A DNA stretch of 51,114 nt, taken from positions 1-51,114 of the forward strand of contig CALXBV010000067.1 of assembly GCA_944386635.1 (NCBI GenBank), in the 5' to 3' direction. This DNA is from an uncultured Clostridia bacterium. GTDB lineage: Bacteria > Bacillota > Clostridia > TANB77 > CAG-465. The notes beneath the pieces were generated by a model. The model saw nothing but the letters and a program-made list of their open reading frames with translations. It was not told where the DNA came from and ran no database searches. A program made the position numbers and the translations under genes. Positions 40,313-50,592 of this stretch are shown here, piece after piece (position 1 is the first letter of the stretch; every line of letters begins with the position of its first letter).

Positions 40313-40548
40313 AAAATCAACATCCTTTTATAATTTATATAATAACATATATTAATATAAATAACAATTATAATATAAATATATTAAAAAACAATAAATT
40401 TAGTAAAAAAGTAACTAAATTTTATTTTTTACTTGATTTTTGAGTTAATTTATAGTATAATACGATTGTATATAAGAACGACATAAATTAATAAAAATAA
40501 ACAACCTCTACGAAAAAATGATGCATTAAAAATGCATCATTTTTATTT

Positions 40549-41289
40549 TTAATTAGCTATAAATATATTAGGATTAAGTCCGCTATTGGAGTTTTTGGAT
40601 TTTCTAACCTCAAAATGTAAGTGATGACCATCAGTATCCATTATTCCAGCTCTTTTGTTAGGATTTCCACCTTCTTGAGCAATTACTTGATTTTGATATA
40701 CATAGTCCCCATTTGATACATGTATGATGGAAAGATTGGCATAGTATGTATATAATGTTATTCCATTTATTTTGTGTTCGATCATTATTTCATTACCGTA
40801 TTTTTCACTGTGTCCAACATAACAAACATAACCATTTGCGGCAGCATATATATTACCTTGATAAGTCTCACATGCAATATCAATGCCTTGATGTGTAAGG
40901 TCATATTGACAAGTTATAAGACCATCTGCTGGCATTACCATGGTGTTTCTACAATTTTTATAATAGTCATATCCACTAATATATACTAAAGAGTCAAATA
41001 ATCCAATATTAGATGAGTTAGAAGAATATGATTGAGCATAAAAATCTCTTTTTTGGTTAAGTTTTGTTTGTAGAAATGTTATAGGGTTAAAAAAATATAA
41101 TATAATTAAAGTTAATATAATTGCTAATACTTTTTTATTTAATATGTGTCTTTTAGTTTTAGATATAAATCTAGATAGTGATATACTATGCTTTTTAGTT
41201 TTAAATTTTTCTTTATTTTTTTCTTCATTTGAATTTTTATCTGGATTTATTTCTGGCTCTACTCCTATATAAGTTATATCATTTTCCAT
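40549..41289 (-). CDS. M23 family metallopeptidase, membrane-anchored
   Basis: HQGID, AAANG, YGN, HLHFEVR. Confidence 0.85.
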   Translation of the reverse strand: MENDITYIGVEPEINPDKNSNEEKNKEKFKTKKHSISLSRFISKTKRHILNKKVLAIILTLIILYFFNPITFLQTKLNQKRDFYAQSYSSNSSNIGLFDSLVYISGYDYYKNCRNTMVMPADGLITCQYDLTHQGIDIACETYQGNIYAAANGYVCYVGHSEKYGNEIMIEHKINGITLYTYYANLSIIHVSNGDYVYQNQVIAQEGGNPNKRAGIMDTDGHHLHFEVRKSKNSNSGLNPNIFIAN

Positions 41290-41930
41290 TAATCAACAAT
41301 TGTTATTCCTAAAAGCTTGATGAATGTTAGACTTTGCTCACTTGTTAGAATAACACCTTTTAAATCTTCAATATATGTTATAATACCAGAAATATCACAA
41401 CTCCTTAAATCCAAACCATTCATAGAAGTATGAGAAAAATTAGACTGTGCAAGATCACATTTATTAAATTCTATGTTTTTAAATGTTATATTAGATAATT
41501 GCGCTTCTTTCATATTACAATCTATGAATTCTGCACTAATAAAATTACTATCATTTAATATAACACCTAACATGTATGAATTTTTAAAACTTACATTATC
41601 AAAATATGTACCTGTAAGGACAGTTCCAGTAAACTTACAATTTATAAATACTACTCTTTTGAAAGTTGACTTTTCTAAATTTACTAATGAAAAATCACAA
41701 TTTTCAAATATCACATCATTAAAGTATGCTTTGGGTAGATTGGAGTTTGCAAAAGAAACGTTTTTTACCTTCGAATAGGATATTATTAATTCATCTAAAG
41801 AAAAATCTTTTAGTACATCATCTTGTATGTTACACTCTTTTATAGTATCGTTAAATTCTAAGAACTCTTCCATACCATATAATGTATCTAAAGAATCTGG
41901 AACTTTAGGTTGAGAAATCATTAAAATCAC
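41289..41930 (-). CDS. Pentapeptide-repeat protein
   Basis: Five-residue periodicity (FENCD FSLVN LEKST FKRVV FINCK). Confidence 0.88.
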   Translation of the reverse strand: MILMISQPKVPDSLDTLYGMEEFLEFNDTIKECNIQDDVLKDFSLDELIISYSKVKNVSFANSNLPKAYFNDVIFENCDFSLVNLEKSTFKRVVFINCKFTGTVLTGTYFDNVSFKNSYMLGVILNDSNFISAEFIDCNMKEAQLSNITFKNIEFNKCDLAQSNFSHTSMNGLDLRSCDISGIITYIEDLKGVILTSEQSLTFIKLLGITIVD

Positions 41931-42065
41931 TCCTTTAATAGTATAAGTATATATATTTTTTGACTGTTTGTCAAATTTTATAAAATAATCTTAAAAAATG
42001 TGGAATTTAAATTCTTTTTATAGTATAATCATAAAAAAGTAAACTATATTTTTTGGGGGAGAAAT

Positions 42066-42983
42066 ATGGAGCTTAATGAGATATTGAAAGATAAACTTAC
42101 ATCTGAAGAAAAAATTAAATTTCAGCGAGATAATGGTAGGTTTAAGCTGTTAAAAAATATAATAATCTTACCAATTATTATAGGTATAATAGGAATTTAT
42201 CTTGAATCTATTTTAATAGTTACTGTTTGTATTTTGTTTATTATAGCACTTTTATTATCAAATAAATTCTCTATTAATAAAAAAGGAGCTATATATGAAA
42301 ATGTAATTATACCATATGTTTTGAAGGAGAAATTTCCAAATTTGGAGTATAATAATAAAAATAAATCTTTGCTTGAAGCAGTAGAAAAGTCAAAAATTTT
42401 TCCTGACCATGATAAAATTTTTTGCAGCAATTATTTTAAAGCATTATATGGAAAATATGATATTGAAGTATGTAAAATTATAACTAAAAAAATGGATATC
42501 GAAGAAAATGATGGAGTTATAGATAAAAGTTTAGAGGACAATTTTGGCGGTGTATTTGCCGTTGTTAACATTCCTAGTAAATTTGATAATGAGTTTAGAG
42601 TTGTAAAAAATGTAAAAGGAAGAGAAGAGGTATCTTCTATAAATAGGAATGATACTCAACTTGTAAGAATGAATAATATAGAGTTTGATATGTTATATGA
42701 TGTATATTCTATGAATCAAGTATCTATAAAAAGAATTTTATCTCCAGGTGTAATGGCTAGAATTTTAGAAATAAATAGAAAATTAAATAGTATATTGAGT
42801 TTTTCAGTGTATAATAATGTGTTATATGTAACTATAGAATACAATGATTTTATGGAATTTGAAGGAAAAGGAAATCTCTATGTTAATGAAGAGTTGGCAC
42901 AAGAAAACTTAAATGTATTAGAAAATTTGGATTATTTTGTTAGATATTTTATAAATATTACAGATTCTTCAAGTAATTTGTAG
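42066..42983 (+). CDS. Membrane protein, DUF3137-like
   Basis: Two N-terminal TMs; EF...YDVYS.NQV....ILSP..MARI pattern. Confidence 0.65.
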   Translation: MELNEILKDKLTSEEKIKFQRDNGRFKLLKNIIILPIIIGIIGIYLESILIVTVCILFIIALLLSNKFSINKKGAIYENVIIPYVLKEKFPNLEYNNKNKSLLEAVEKSKIFPDHDKIFCSNYFKALYGKYDIEVCKIITKKMDIEENDGVIDKSLEDNFGGVFAVVNIPSKFDNEFRVVKNVKGREEVSSINRNDTQLVRMNNIEFDMLYDVYSMNQVSIKRILSPGVMARILEINRKLNSILSFSVYNNVLYVTIEYNDFMEFEGKGNLYVNEELAQENLNVLENLDYFVRYFINITDSSSNL

Positions 42984-43095
42984 TACTATATACTAAAATT
43001 TATGTTTTAGTATATGGTACTTTTATTTTTTTAGACAAAAAGTGATTGTTATTTTTAAATTTATGATATAATTGTAGTATATTAGAGGTGATTAT

Positions 43096-44073
43096 ATGGC
43101 AAGAAGAAAAAAGATTAAAAATAATCCAGGTGTACAAGTGCTAGTAGGAGTAATAATTTTATGCGTTATAGTATTCTTAGGTAATTTGCATGATGTAAAC
43201 TTACTAGACTCTTTGGGAGAAGTTACACAGACAGATTCACTGGAAAAAGTTGATGAAGGCGAAAATAATACAACAACTGTAACTAATGTAGATGGTGAAT
43301 TAATAATAGATTATATTGATGTAGGTCAAGGTGATAGTATTTTAATTCGTCAAGGAGATGCTACAATGCTAATAGATGGTGGAACAAGTGAATGTAAAGA
43401 TGAACTACTTGAATTTTTGGATGAAAAAAATATAGATAAGTTTGAATATATAGTTGGAACTCATACTCATGAAGATCATATAGGTAGTTTAGATGATGTT
43501 GTTAATACTTATGATTTTGATACTTTTTTATTTCCAAATACACAGGCTACTACTAAAACATTTGAAAATTTAGTTTTGGCTTTACAGCAAAAAAATAAAA
43601 AATTTACTGCGCCTGAGATAGGAAAAGAATATAGTTTGGGTGAGGCTAGATTTCAGATATTAGCGCCTAATAATAGTGAATATTCGTCAGCAAATAATTA
43701 TTCAATAGTAATTAAACTTACATATGGAAGTAATACATTCTTATTTACAGGTGATGCAGAATCTTTATCTGAAGAAGAAATGCTAGATAAGGGATTTGAT
43801 TTAAGTGCAGATGTTTTAAAGATAGGGCATCATGGATCAACAACATCTACATCAAAAGATTTCTTAGATGCAGTATCACCAAAATATGCAGTTATTTCTG
43901 TTGGAAAAGATAATATATATAATTTACCAACAAAAACTACTATGGAAAAATTAGAGCAAAAAAATATTCCAGTATATAGAACAGATGAGCAAGGAACAAT
44001 AGAATGTATAAGTGATGGTACAAATATAACATTTAATGTAGAACCAGGAAGCTATGCATATATGGAGGATTAA
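43096..44073 (+). CDS. ComEC/Rec2-like MBL-fold hydrolase
   Basis: IDVGQGDS, THTHEDHIG, NNYS, FTGDAE, KIGHHGS, RTD. Confidence 0.9.
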   Translation: MARRKKIKNNPGVQVLVGVIILCVIVFLGNLHDVNLLDSLGEVTQTDSLEKVDEGENNTTTVTNVDGELIIDYIDVGQGDSILIRQGDATMLIDGGTSECKDELLEFLDEKNIDKFEYIVGTHTHEDHIGSLDDVVNTYDFDTFLFPNTQATTKTFENLVLALQQKNKKFTAPEIGKEYSLGEARFQILAPNNSEYSSANNYSIVIKLTYGSNTFLFTGDAESLSEEEMLDKGFDLSADVLKIGHHGSTTSTSKDFLDAVSPKYAVISVGKDNIYNLPTKTTMEKLEQKNIPVYRTDEQGTIECISDGTNITFNVEPGSYAYMED

Positions 44074-44074
44074 T

Positions 44075-44299
44075 ATGCAAGGAATTATTGATAGATTTGA
44101 AGGAAAATATATAGTGATTGAAATAGATAGCAAAATGTATAATGTAGATAATAATATTTCTAAAGAAAGCTTTAAAGAAGGCGATGTTGTAGATGTAAAA
44201 ATGGAAAAAAATGTTATTGTAGATATAAAGAAAAATATAAAAGAAACTTTAAAAAGAAAAGAATACATTAAAAATTTGACAAAAGATATGTGGAATTAG
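44075..44299 (+). CDS. DUF3006-like small protein
   Basis: IIDRFEG..IVIE, KEGD; typical neighbour of ComEC-like genes. Confidence 0.75.
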   Translation: MQGIIDRFEGKYIVIEIDSKMYNVDNNISKESFKEGDVVDVKMEKNVIVDIKKNIKETLKRKEYIKNLTKDMWN

Positions 44300-44347
44300 C
44301 AAATAAAACTTAAGAGAAAACATAAATATATACTAGGAGGTATATTT

Positions 44348-45037
44348 ATGTTTTTTTCTTTTATATTAGAATTAATATCTAAATTTTTTGGATTATTTGG
44401 ATATATATCTAATGATAAACTTTATCCAGAGCCTTTAAGTAAGACGGAAGAAGAATATTATTTAAGAAGATATTTTAATGGAGATAAAGAGGCAAGAGAT
44501 AAGCTAATAGAACATAACTTAAGACTAGTAGTACATATAGCTAAAAAATATACTAACAATGAGCAAGAATTAGAAGACTTTACTTCAATAGGAACAATAG
44601 GATTAATAAAAGCCATAGATAGTTTTAAAGATAATAAAGGATTTAAAATAAGTACATATGCATCAAGATGCATAGAAAATGAGATATTAATGTATATTAG
44701 AACTTCTAAAAAACAAAAAGCAGAGATATCAATGAATCAAGTTATAGGCACAGATAAAGATGGAAATGATATGGAGCTTATAGATACATTGGTTTTAAAA
44801 GAAAAAGATGCAGTTGACGATATACATGATAAGACTGTATTAAAGCAAGTTTTAGATTTTATAGAAAAAAAACTTAATAAACGAGAAAAATATATTATGA
44901 ATAAAAGATATGGATTAGATGGCGGGAATTGTATGACTCAACAAGAATTAGCAGATGAACTTGGTATATCACGTTCATATGTATCACGAATTGAGACTAA
45001 AGTGCAAAGACTTTTAAAAAAGAATATAAAGAAGTAA
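44348..45037 (+). CDS. sigK: Sporulation sigma factor pro-sigmaK, uninterrupted
   Basis: Hydrophobic pro-sequence ending GYIS, LIEHNLRLVVHIAKKY, IGTIGLIKAI, CIENEILM, IGTDKDGN, ISRSYVSRIE; sigmaE-like CATAAATA at 44321. Confidence 0.9.
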   Translation: MFFSFILELISKFFGLFGYISNDKLYPEPLSKTEEEYYLRRYFNGDKEARDKLIEHNLRLVVHIAKKYTNNEQELEDFTSIGTIGLIKAIDSFKDNKGFKISTYASRCIENEILMYIRTSKKQKAEISMNQVIGTDKDGNDMELIDTLVLKEKDAVDDIHDKTVLKQVLDFIEKKLNKREKYIMNKRYGLDGGNCMTQQELADELGISRSYVSRIETKVQRLLKKNIKK

Positions 45038-45195
45038 ATAATATAAAATTTACTACTTTTTATCTTAAAATTACAAATTTATGTTTGATAATTTGCCTTA
45101 AAAACTATTTAAATTAAAAATTATGAAAATTTTATAAAAATAATTGTAATATATTTAACTGTATGTTAAAATATACTAGAAAAAGAGGGCAAAAT

Positions 45196-46197
45196 ATGGA
45201 GAAAAAAGTATTAAATTTTATAAGAAATATGCCGAAAGTAGAATTACATCTGCATTTAGATGGTTCGTTAGATGTAGATTATATAAAAAAGAAGTATAAT
45301 TTAACAGATAAAGATATAAAAGATAAAATGATAGCAGATGAAAAATGTCAAAATTTAAATGATTATCTTACGAAGTTTGATTTTCCAATTGAAATTATGC
45401 AGACTAAGGAAGAATTAGAGAGTGCAGTATATAATTTATTAGTTAGATTGAAGAGCCAAAATGTTATATATGTTGAGATCAGATTTGCTCCACAATTTCA
45501 TACTAAAAAAGGTCTTTCTCAAGAAGAGGTTGTAAAGACTGTAATTAATGCTAAAGAAAAAGTAAATATAAAATCTAATTTTATCTTATGCATAATGCGT
45601 GGTAATGATAATGAAAAAGCTAATTATGAGACTGTAGAAGTAGCAAAGAAATATTTAAATAAAGGAGTTTGTGCTTTAGATTTAGCTGGAGCAGAAGCTA
45701 TTTTTAAGACTTATAAGTATGAAAAAATATTTAAATATATAAAAGATAATAATATTCCATTTACTATACATGCTGGTGAAGCAGATGGAGTAGATAGCAT
45801 AAAGTCTGCGATTGAGTTTGGCGCAAAAAGAATAGGACATGGAGTAAGGGCTATTGAAGATAATGAATTGGTTGAGCAAATAAAGAAGAAAAATATAGTG
45901 TTGGAGGTATGTCCGACAAGTAATATACAGACATGCATATGTGGTGACTATGCATCACATCCAATATCCAAGTTATATTTTTCTGGCGTAAAAACTACAA
46001 TTAATACAGACAATATGACTGTTTCTAATACTACTCTTGAAAAAGAATATTTGATGTTAATAGAAAACACAAATTTAACTATTAATGATATAGTAAATAT
46101 GAATTTTAATTCTATAAATGCTGCTTTTATATCTAATGATGAAAAAGATGAATTAACAAAAAAAATACAAGAATACAAAATGGAGGGGGAAAACTAA
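45196..46197 (+). CDS. add: Adenosine deaminase
   Basis: PKVELHLHLDGS, DLAGAE, TIHAGE, RIGHG, CPTSN, NTDN. Confidence 0.92.
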   Translation: MEKKVLNFIRNMPKVELHLHLDGSLDVDYIKKKYNLTDKDIKDKMIADEKCQNLNDYLTKFDFPIEIMQTKEELESAVYNLLVRLKSQNVIYVEIRFAPQFHTKKGLSQEEVVKTVINAKEKVNIKSNFILCIMRGNDNEKANYETVEVAKKYLNKGVCALDLAGAEAIFKTYKYEKIFKYIKDNNIPFTIHAGEADGVDSIKSAIEFGAKRIGHGVRAIEDNELVEQIKKKNIVLEVCPTSNIQTCICGDYASHPISKLYFSGVKTTINTDNMTVSNTTLEKEYLMLIENTNLTINDIVNMNFNSINAAFISNDEKDELTKKIQEYKMEGEN

Positions 46198-46198
46198 C

Positions 46199-46807
46199 TT
46201 GAAAACAAATAATTACTTAGGAAAACAGGATGAAAATAGAGGAATTATATTGTTCTTTTTAGTTTTTGGTGTAATTATTGCTATTATATGCGGTATTATA
46301 TTTGCAAGTAATCATAGTAAAAGACAAGAAGAACAAGGAGTAAAGTCTATTGATCAAATGGCACCTTCTGTTGAAAGACAAATAGGTGATGTTAATAGAT
46401 TTGAGTTAGATAATAATAGATTAATAATAGAAGGAGAATTAAAGGAGAATATAACCGATTCAGTTATTAGTAATTTGCAAAATATTCAAATAGTGTTAAA
46501 GGATAAAGATGGAGATAAATATGAATTTGATACAGATTATCTAATTTCTATGGATGGAATAGAATTTTCTACAATATCTGAAGATGATGGTATTAGCAAT
46601 ATAAATTTAGATGAGTTAGAAAAAGGTGAATATTTTGTTTTTTTAAGAACAAGATCTTCTACTACAACAACAGATACGGGATACAGATATAGATATTATA
46701 CTTTAAGAAGTAATGCCCAATATAATGAGTTAGAGTATAATAATGTTCATGCAAATTTTGATACATCAGACAAAGTGTCAGATTATTTAACAATAATAGT
46801 TAAATAA
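46199..46807 (+). CDS. Hypothetical membrane-anchored protein
   Basis: GGAGG RBS, TTG start, one N-terminal TM. Confidence 0.7.
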   Translation: MKTNNYLGKQDENRGIILFFLVFGVIIAIICGIIFASNHSKRQEEQGVKSIDQMAPSVERQIGDVNRFELDNNRLIIEGELKENITDSVISNLQNIQIVLKDKDGDKYEFDTDYLISMDGIEFSTISEDDGISNINLDELEKGEYFVFLRTRSSTTTTDTGYRYRYYTLRSNAQYNELEYNNVHANFDTSDKVSDYLTIIVK

Positions 46808-46818
46808 AAAACCCAAAA

Positions 46819-47271
46819 CTAAGCTTGTTTTGGGTTTATTTTTTGCTTCTTAAGTTTTAACTCATAGTATTTTTTAGCTCTTCTTGATGCCGAATGTATA
46901 CCAGCTCTATATTTTTTTGTGTAAGAATTATCATCCCATTTTTTATTCTTTAGTGTTGCTACTTTCTTAAAGTATATTTTCTTATTTTTTTCATCAATGC
47001 TTTCTACTTTAAACATTTTTACTGTAGTTCCATCTTCATCTACACTAGCACGTATAAGCATACCTTTTGGAGATATTCTAGCCAATCTTCTTATACCATT
47101 ATAAATCTTAATAGTTCTAATTACTTTTGTTGGATCTCCTGATGCAGCACATACAGTTTCTCCATATCCAAATATATTATTTCTTGAGGCAGACATACCT
47201 GTATTTGTCCAAGTGGTATACTTGCCTTTTTTTGTTAAACTCAAATTTTTTATTAAATTTTCTTCCTCCAT
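46819..47271 (-). CDS. Hypothetical basic protein (start revised to 47271)
   Basis: AAGGAAGG RBS before MEEENL. Confidence 0.65.
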   Translation of the reverse strand: MEEENLIKNLSLTKKGKYTTWTNTGMSASRNNIFGYGETVCAASGDPTKVIRTIKIYNGIRRLARISPKGMLIRASVDEDGTTVKMFKVESIDEKNKKIYFKKVATLKNKKWDDNSYTKKYRAGIHSASRRAKKYYELKLKKQKINPKQA

Positions 47272-47420
47272 AATATTACCTTCCTTGATAACAAAATTAT
47301 AACATATACATATACTAAAGTCAAAAAAAATATTTTTAAAAATTTGTAAAAAAATGTATACATATATTATTTTTTTTGTTATAATCTTATTTGAATTCAT
47401 ATTTTTAGTGGAGGGAGATT

Positions 47421-47861
47421 ATGCAGCTTAATAAAAGCTATACAGAGGATATAGAAAGAATATGCAGAGCTGCCGATGATTTCTTAGAAGAAGGAAATAC
47501 TAAAGATGCTTATAGAAAGTATAAAGAGGCATTAGATATAATTCCAAATCCTAAGACATCGTATGAGACAGCAACATGGATTTTTGTATCTATAGGTGAT
47601 TTATTTTTTAAAAATAAACAGTATGATATGGCTAGAGATTATTTTTTTGAGGCTAAAAATTGTCCGAATGGAGTAAGTAATCCATATGTATTATTTAGAC
47701 TAGGGCAGTCATTAGTAGAGACAAATGATAATAATCAAGCAAGAGAGTTTTTACTTAGAGCTTATATGCTAGTAGGTGATGATATTTTTTGGGATGAGGA
47801 TCAAAAATATTATGATGTTATAAAAGACTTAGTAAAAACTGATGATAGTAGTGTATATTGA
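47421..47861 (+). CDS. Tetratricopeptide-repeat protein
   Basis: A...YKEAL, W....IGD, NPYVLFRLGQ, A.EFLLRAY. Confidence 0.75.
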   Translation: MQLNKSYTEDIERICRAADDFLEEGNTKDAYRKYKEALDIIPNPKTSYETATWIFVSIGDLFFKNKQYDMARDYFFEAKNCPNGVSNPYVLFRLGQSLVETNDNNQAREFLLRAYMLVGDDIFWDEDQKYYDVIKDLVKTDDSSVY

Positions 47862-47997
47862 TTTTATTTATCAGATGCACTACTATTTTTATGTAAATAA
47901 TAGAACATATAATATAAAAATATGGATAAATATTAAATTGTATGATATAATATTAATATAATAGTCAATTTTAAAACTTAAAAAAATTTTTTTAGGA

Positions 47998-48309
47998 GTG
48001 GTGTATATGTTAAATTTAATTTTATGCTTAATTTTTATTATTATACTTTTAAAAGTAGCAAGAGAGATAGGTTTTGTAAAATCAGTTCTAATTTATGCCT
48101 GTATTTGTGCAGTGATTAGTTTTTTAGCAAATATGTCTATATTCTCTTTGTTATCTGGCTTTATATCTGGAATTATAACGGGTGCAGTGGGATATGTTAT
48201 AGCTATGATTTTCTTAGCGATAATTAGTGCATTAGGAACAATTGGTTCAGTTATAATTACCATATTAATAGGACTAATGTTTATAGGAATTCTATTTTTT
48301 ATATTTTAA
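47998..48309 (+). CDS. Small integral membrane protein
   Basis: Almost entirely hydrophobic, Gly-rich helices; AGGAG RBS. Confidence 0.7.
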   Translation: MVYMLNLILCLIFIIILLKVAREIGFVKSVLIYACICAVISFLANMSIFSLLSGFISGIITGAVGYVIAMIFLAIISALGTIGSVIITILIGLMFIGILFFIF

Positions 48310-48439
48310 ATAATAAAGATGATAATTTTTTATCATCTTTTAATTTTTTCTTGTCATAATTTTTTGATGAAAAACTTTTGACTTTAAGCATATGAGAATA
48401 TATAATTTAGGTAACCTAATTGTTAGGAGGTGAGAAAGT

Positions 48440-48976
48440 TTGCATCTTAATATATTTCTTTTTATAATAGTCTATATGAGTTTAATATATAAGCCAAAAA
48501 TAAATATTAGAGTTGATTCTAATCTTAATTTTAACAATCTAAATTTATATCAAAATGAAAGTATTTTTATTCATGATAATGTTTGGTCCTTAACAATTCC
48601 CAAAATAAATTTAAATAAAATAGAAATAAAAGAAACTGTAGGTAATGATATATTAGAAAATTATATAGGGCATTTTCCTTCTTCATCTCTTCTTTCAGGA
48701 AATGTATGTTTAGCAGCACATAATAACGGATATAGTAGCAATTATTTTAAAGATATTAATCTTTTAACTAGAGGAGATAAAATATATTATTCGTATAATG
48801 GTAAAAGTAAGACGTATGTGGTAAAAGAAAAATATATTATAAGTTATAATGATTTCTCATATCTAGATTATACAAATGAAGATATATTAACTTTAATAAC
48901 GTGTATAACTTCCTCACCCAACAATAGGCTTTGTGTACAAGCAGTATGTGAGGAGGAAGTAAATGAAAATATATAA
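48440..48976 (+). CDS. Sortase (class D-like)
   Basis: IPKINL, GNVCLAAH, GDKI, LTLITC, catalytic Arg in NNRLCV. Confidence 0.9.
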   Translation: MHLNIFLFIIVYMSLIYKPKINIRVDSNLNFNNLNLYQNESIFIHDNVWSLTIPKINLNKIEIKETVGNDILENYIGHFPSSSLLSGNVCLAAHNNGYSSNYFKDINLLTRGDKIYYSYNGKSKTYVVKEKYIISYNDFSYLDYTNEDILTLITCITSSPNNRLCVQAVCEEEVNENI

Positions 48977-50516
48977 ATATAAAAATTTAATGCTTGAGAA
49001 AATGCAAAAACAGACAAGAAGAATTAATGCTATAATAAGGCAAAGTCAGATTAGAAGAATAAAGGTATACATATTAGTTGCAGTAATTCTTTTAAATTCT
49101 ATAGTACCAATTTTTGCAATTGAAAATAAAGATATTACTTATGGTAACTATAGAATTTTATGTTATAAAGATCCGAATAGATATATAACATATATGGGGA
49201 TATGGCAGACTAATTATGAATACTATTATATAAAAGATGGTGTTGAATATTCAGTCTATTGTTTAGATTTAGGTAAAAAAGGTGCGGAGGAAAATAATAA
49301 TGGATATTTAGTTAATGCACAAGAAAAAATAAATGATAAGACTTTAAATAATATTGTTTTAAACTGTTATCCATATAAGTCTATTGAAGAACTTGGGGTA
49401 GAAAATAAAAGTCAAGCGCGATTTGCGTCTCAATTTGCGGTATGGACGTATCTTAATAATTTGGATTTAAATTCAATAAAAGCCACAGAGGTAAGATATG
49501 AATGTGTAGTTAATGCTATTAAGAATATATATAATTGTGGCATTAAACAAAATAATACTAATGTAGAACTTAATGAAACTATATCTGAGCAGTTTGTAGA
49601 AGAAATAGATGGAAAAAAATATTATGTGAAAAACTTGGACTTAAGTAAAACAACTAATATAACTCAAATAGATATAGATTGTAGTGATAAAAATGTAAAT
49701 ATTATAAAAAATGGTAATGGGTATAATATATGTGTACCTGTAGATTTGGTAAAAGAAGAGTATAATGTAGATTTAAATATATTAATAAATGCTAAAGAAA
49801 ATGCAGCTTTACTTGGAATATCAACACTAGATGGGTATCAAAATACAGTATTAACACTTAAAGATGAGTTTGCTACAAATATTAATAAAAATATAAAGTT
49901 TAAAGATATAGAAACAGAAATTACTATAGTAAAAAAGGATAAAGATACAAATGAGTTTTTAAAAGGTGTAACTTTTTCAATAAGTACTGATGGTAAAAAT
50001 TATAAGGATTATTATACAGATAATAAAGGAGAAATTAAATTAAAAATATATAATAATTCACAGTCAAAAATATTTGTTAAAGAAAAAGAAACTTTAGAAA
50101 ATTATAGATTTGATGAAAGGGTATATGATATAGAAGTAAAGCCAAATGAAGATAAAAAGATAGAATTTTTTAATGAAAAGAAAAAAGGAAAAATAAAAGT
50201 CGTAAAAAAGACAAAAGAATATAATGAAATTACTAAAATAGATGAAAATATGCCACTAGAGAATGTTTCCTTTCATGTTTATGATGAAAATATGAATGTA
50301 ATAGATGAATTGCATACCGATGAAAATGGTATTGCTTATACTAATGATATACCATTGGGAAAATACTATATAAAAGAATATAAAACTAAAGATGGATATA
50401 AACTTTTAGATAAAATAATTGAAATTAATATAGAAAAAGATAATGAAACAGTTTTAGTTGAAATACTAAATGAAAATATAGATATAAACAATACCTTACC
50501 AATTACGGGAAAGTAA
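48963..50516 (+). CDS. Thioester-domain (TED) surface protein with SpaA/prealbumin-like stalk domains, ending LPITGK
   Basis: VYCLD thioester Cys and SQFAVW (TQxA-like) motifs; KKD...LKGVTF...TD..G and GKYYIKE.....GY pilin-like repeats; overlaps the sortase stop. Confidence 0.8.
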   Translation: MKIYKYKNLMLEKMQKQTRRINAIIRQSQIRRIKVYILVAVILLNSIVPIFAIENKDITYGNYRILCYKDPNRYITYMGIWQTNYEYYYIKDGVEYSVYCLDLGKKGAEENNNGYLVNAQEKINDKTLNNIVLNCYPYKSIEELGVENKSQARFASQFAVWTYLNNLDLNSIKATEVRYECVVNAIKNIYNCGIKQNNTNVELNETISEQFVEEIDGKKYYVKNLDLSKTTNITQIDIDCSDKNVNIIKNGNGYNICVPVDLVKEEYNVDLNILINAKENAALLGISTLDGYQNTVLTLKDEFATNINKNIKFKDIETEITIVKKDKDTNEFLKGVTFSISTDGKNYKDYYTDNKGEIKLKIYNNSQSKIFVKEKETLENYRFDERVYDIEVKPNEDKKIEFFNEKKKGKIKVVKKTKEYNEITKIDENMPLENVSFHVYDENMNVIDELHTDENGIAYTNDIPLGKYYIKEYKTKDGYKLLDKIIEINIEKDNETVLVEILNENIDINNTLPITGK

Positions 50517-50592
50517 TTATATTATATAATTTAGTAAAAAAATGTTGTTTTTAGTAGATTTATATTATATAATTTAGTCGGAGGATGATTTT

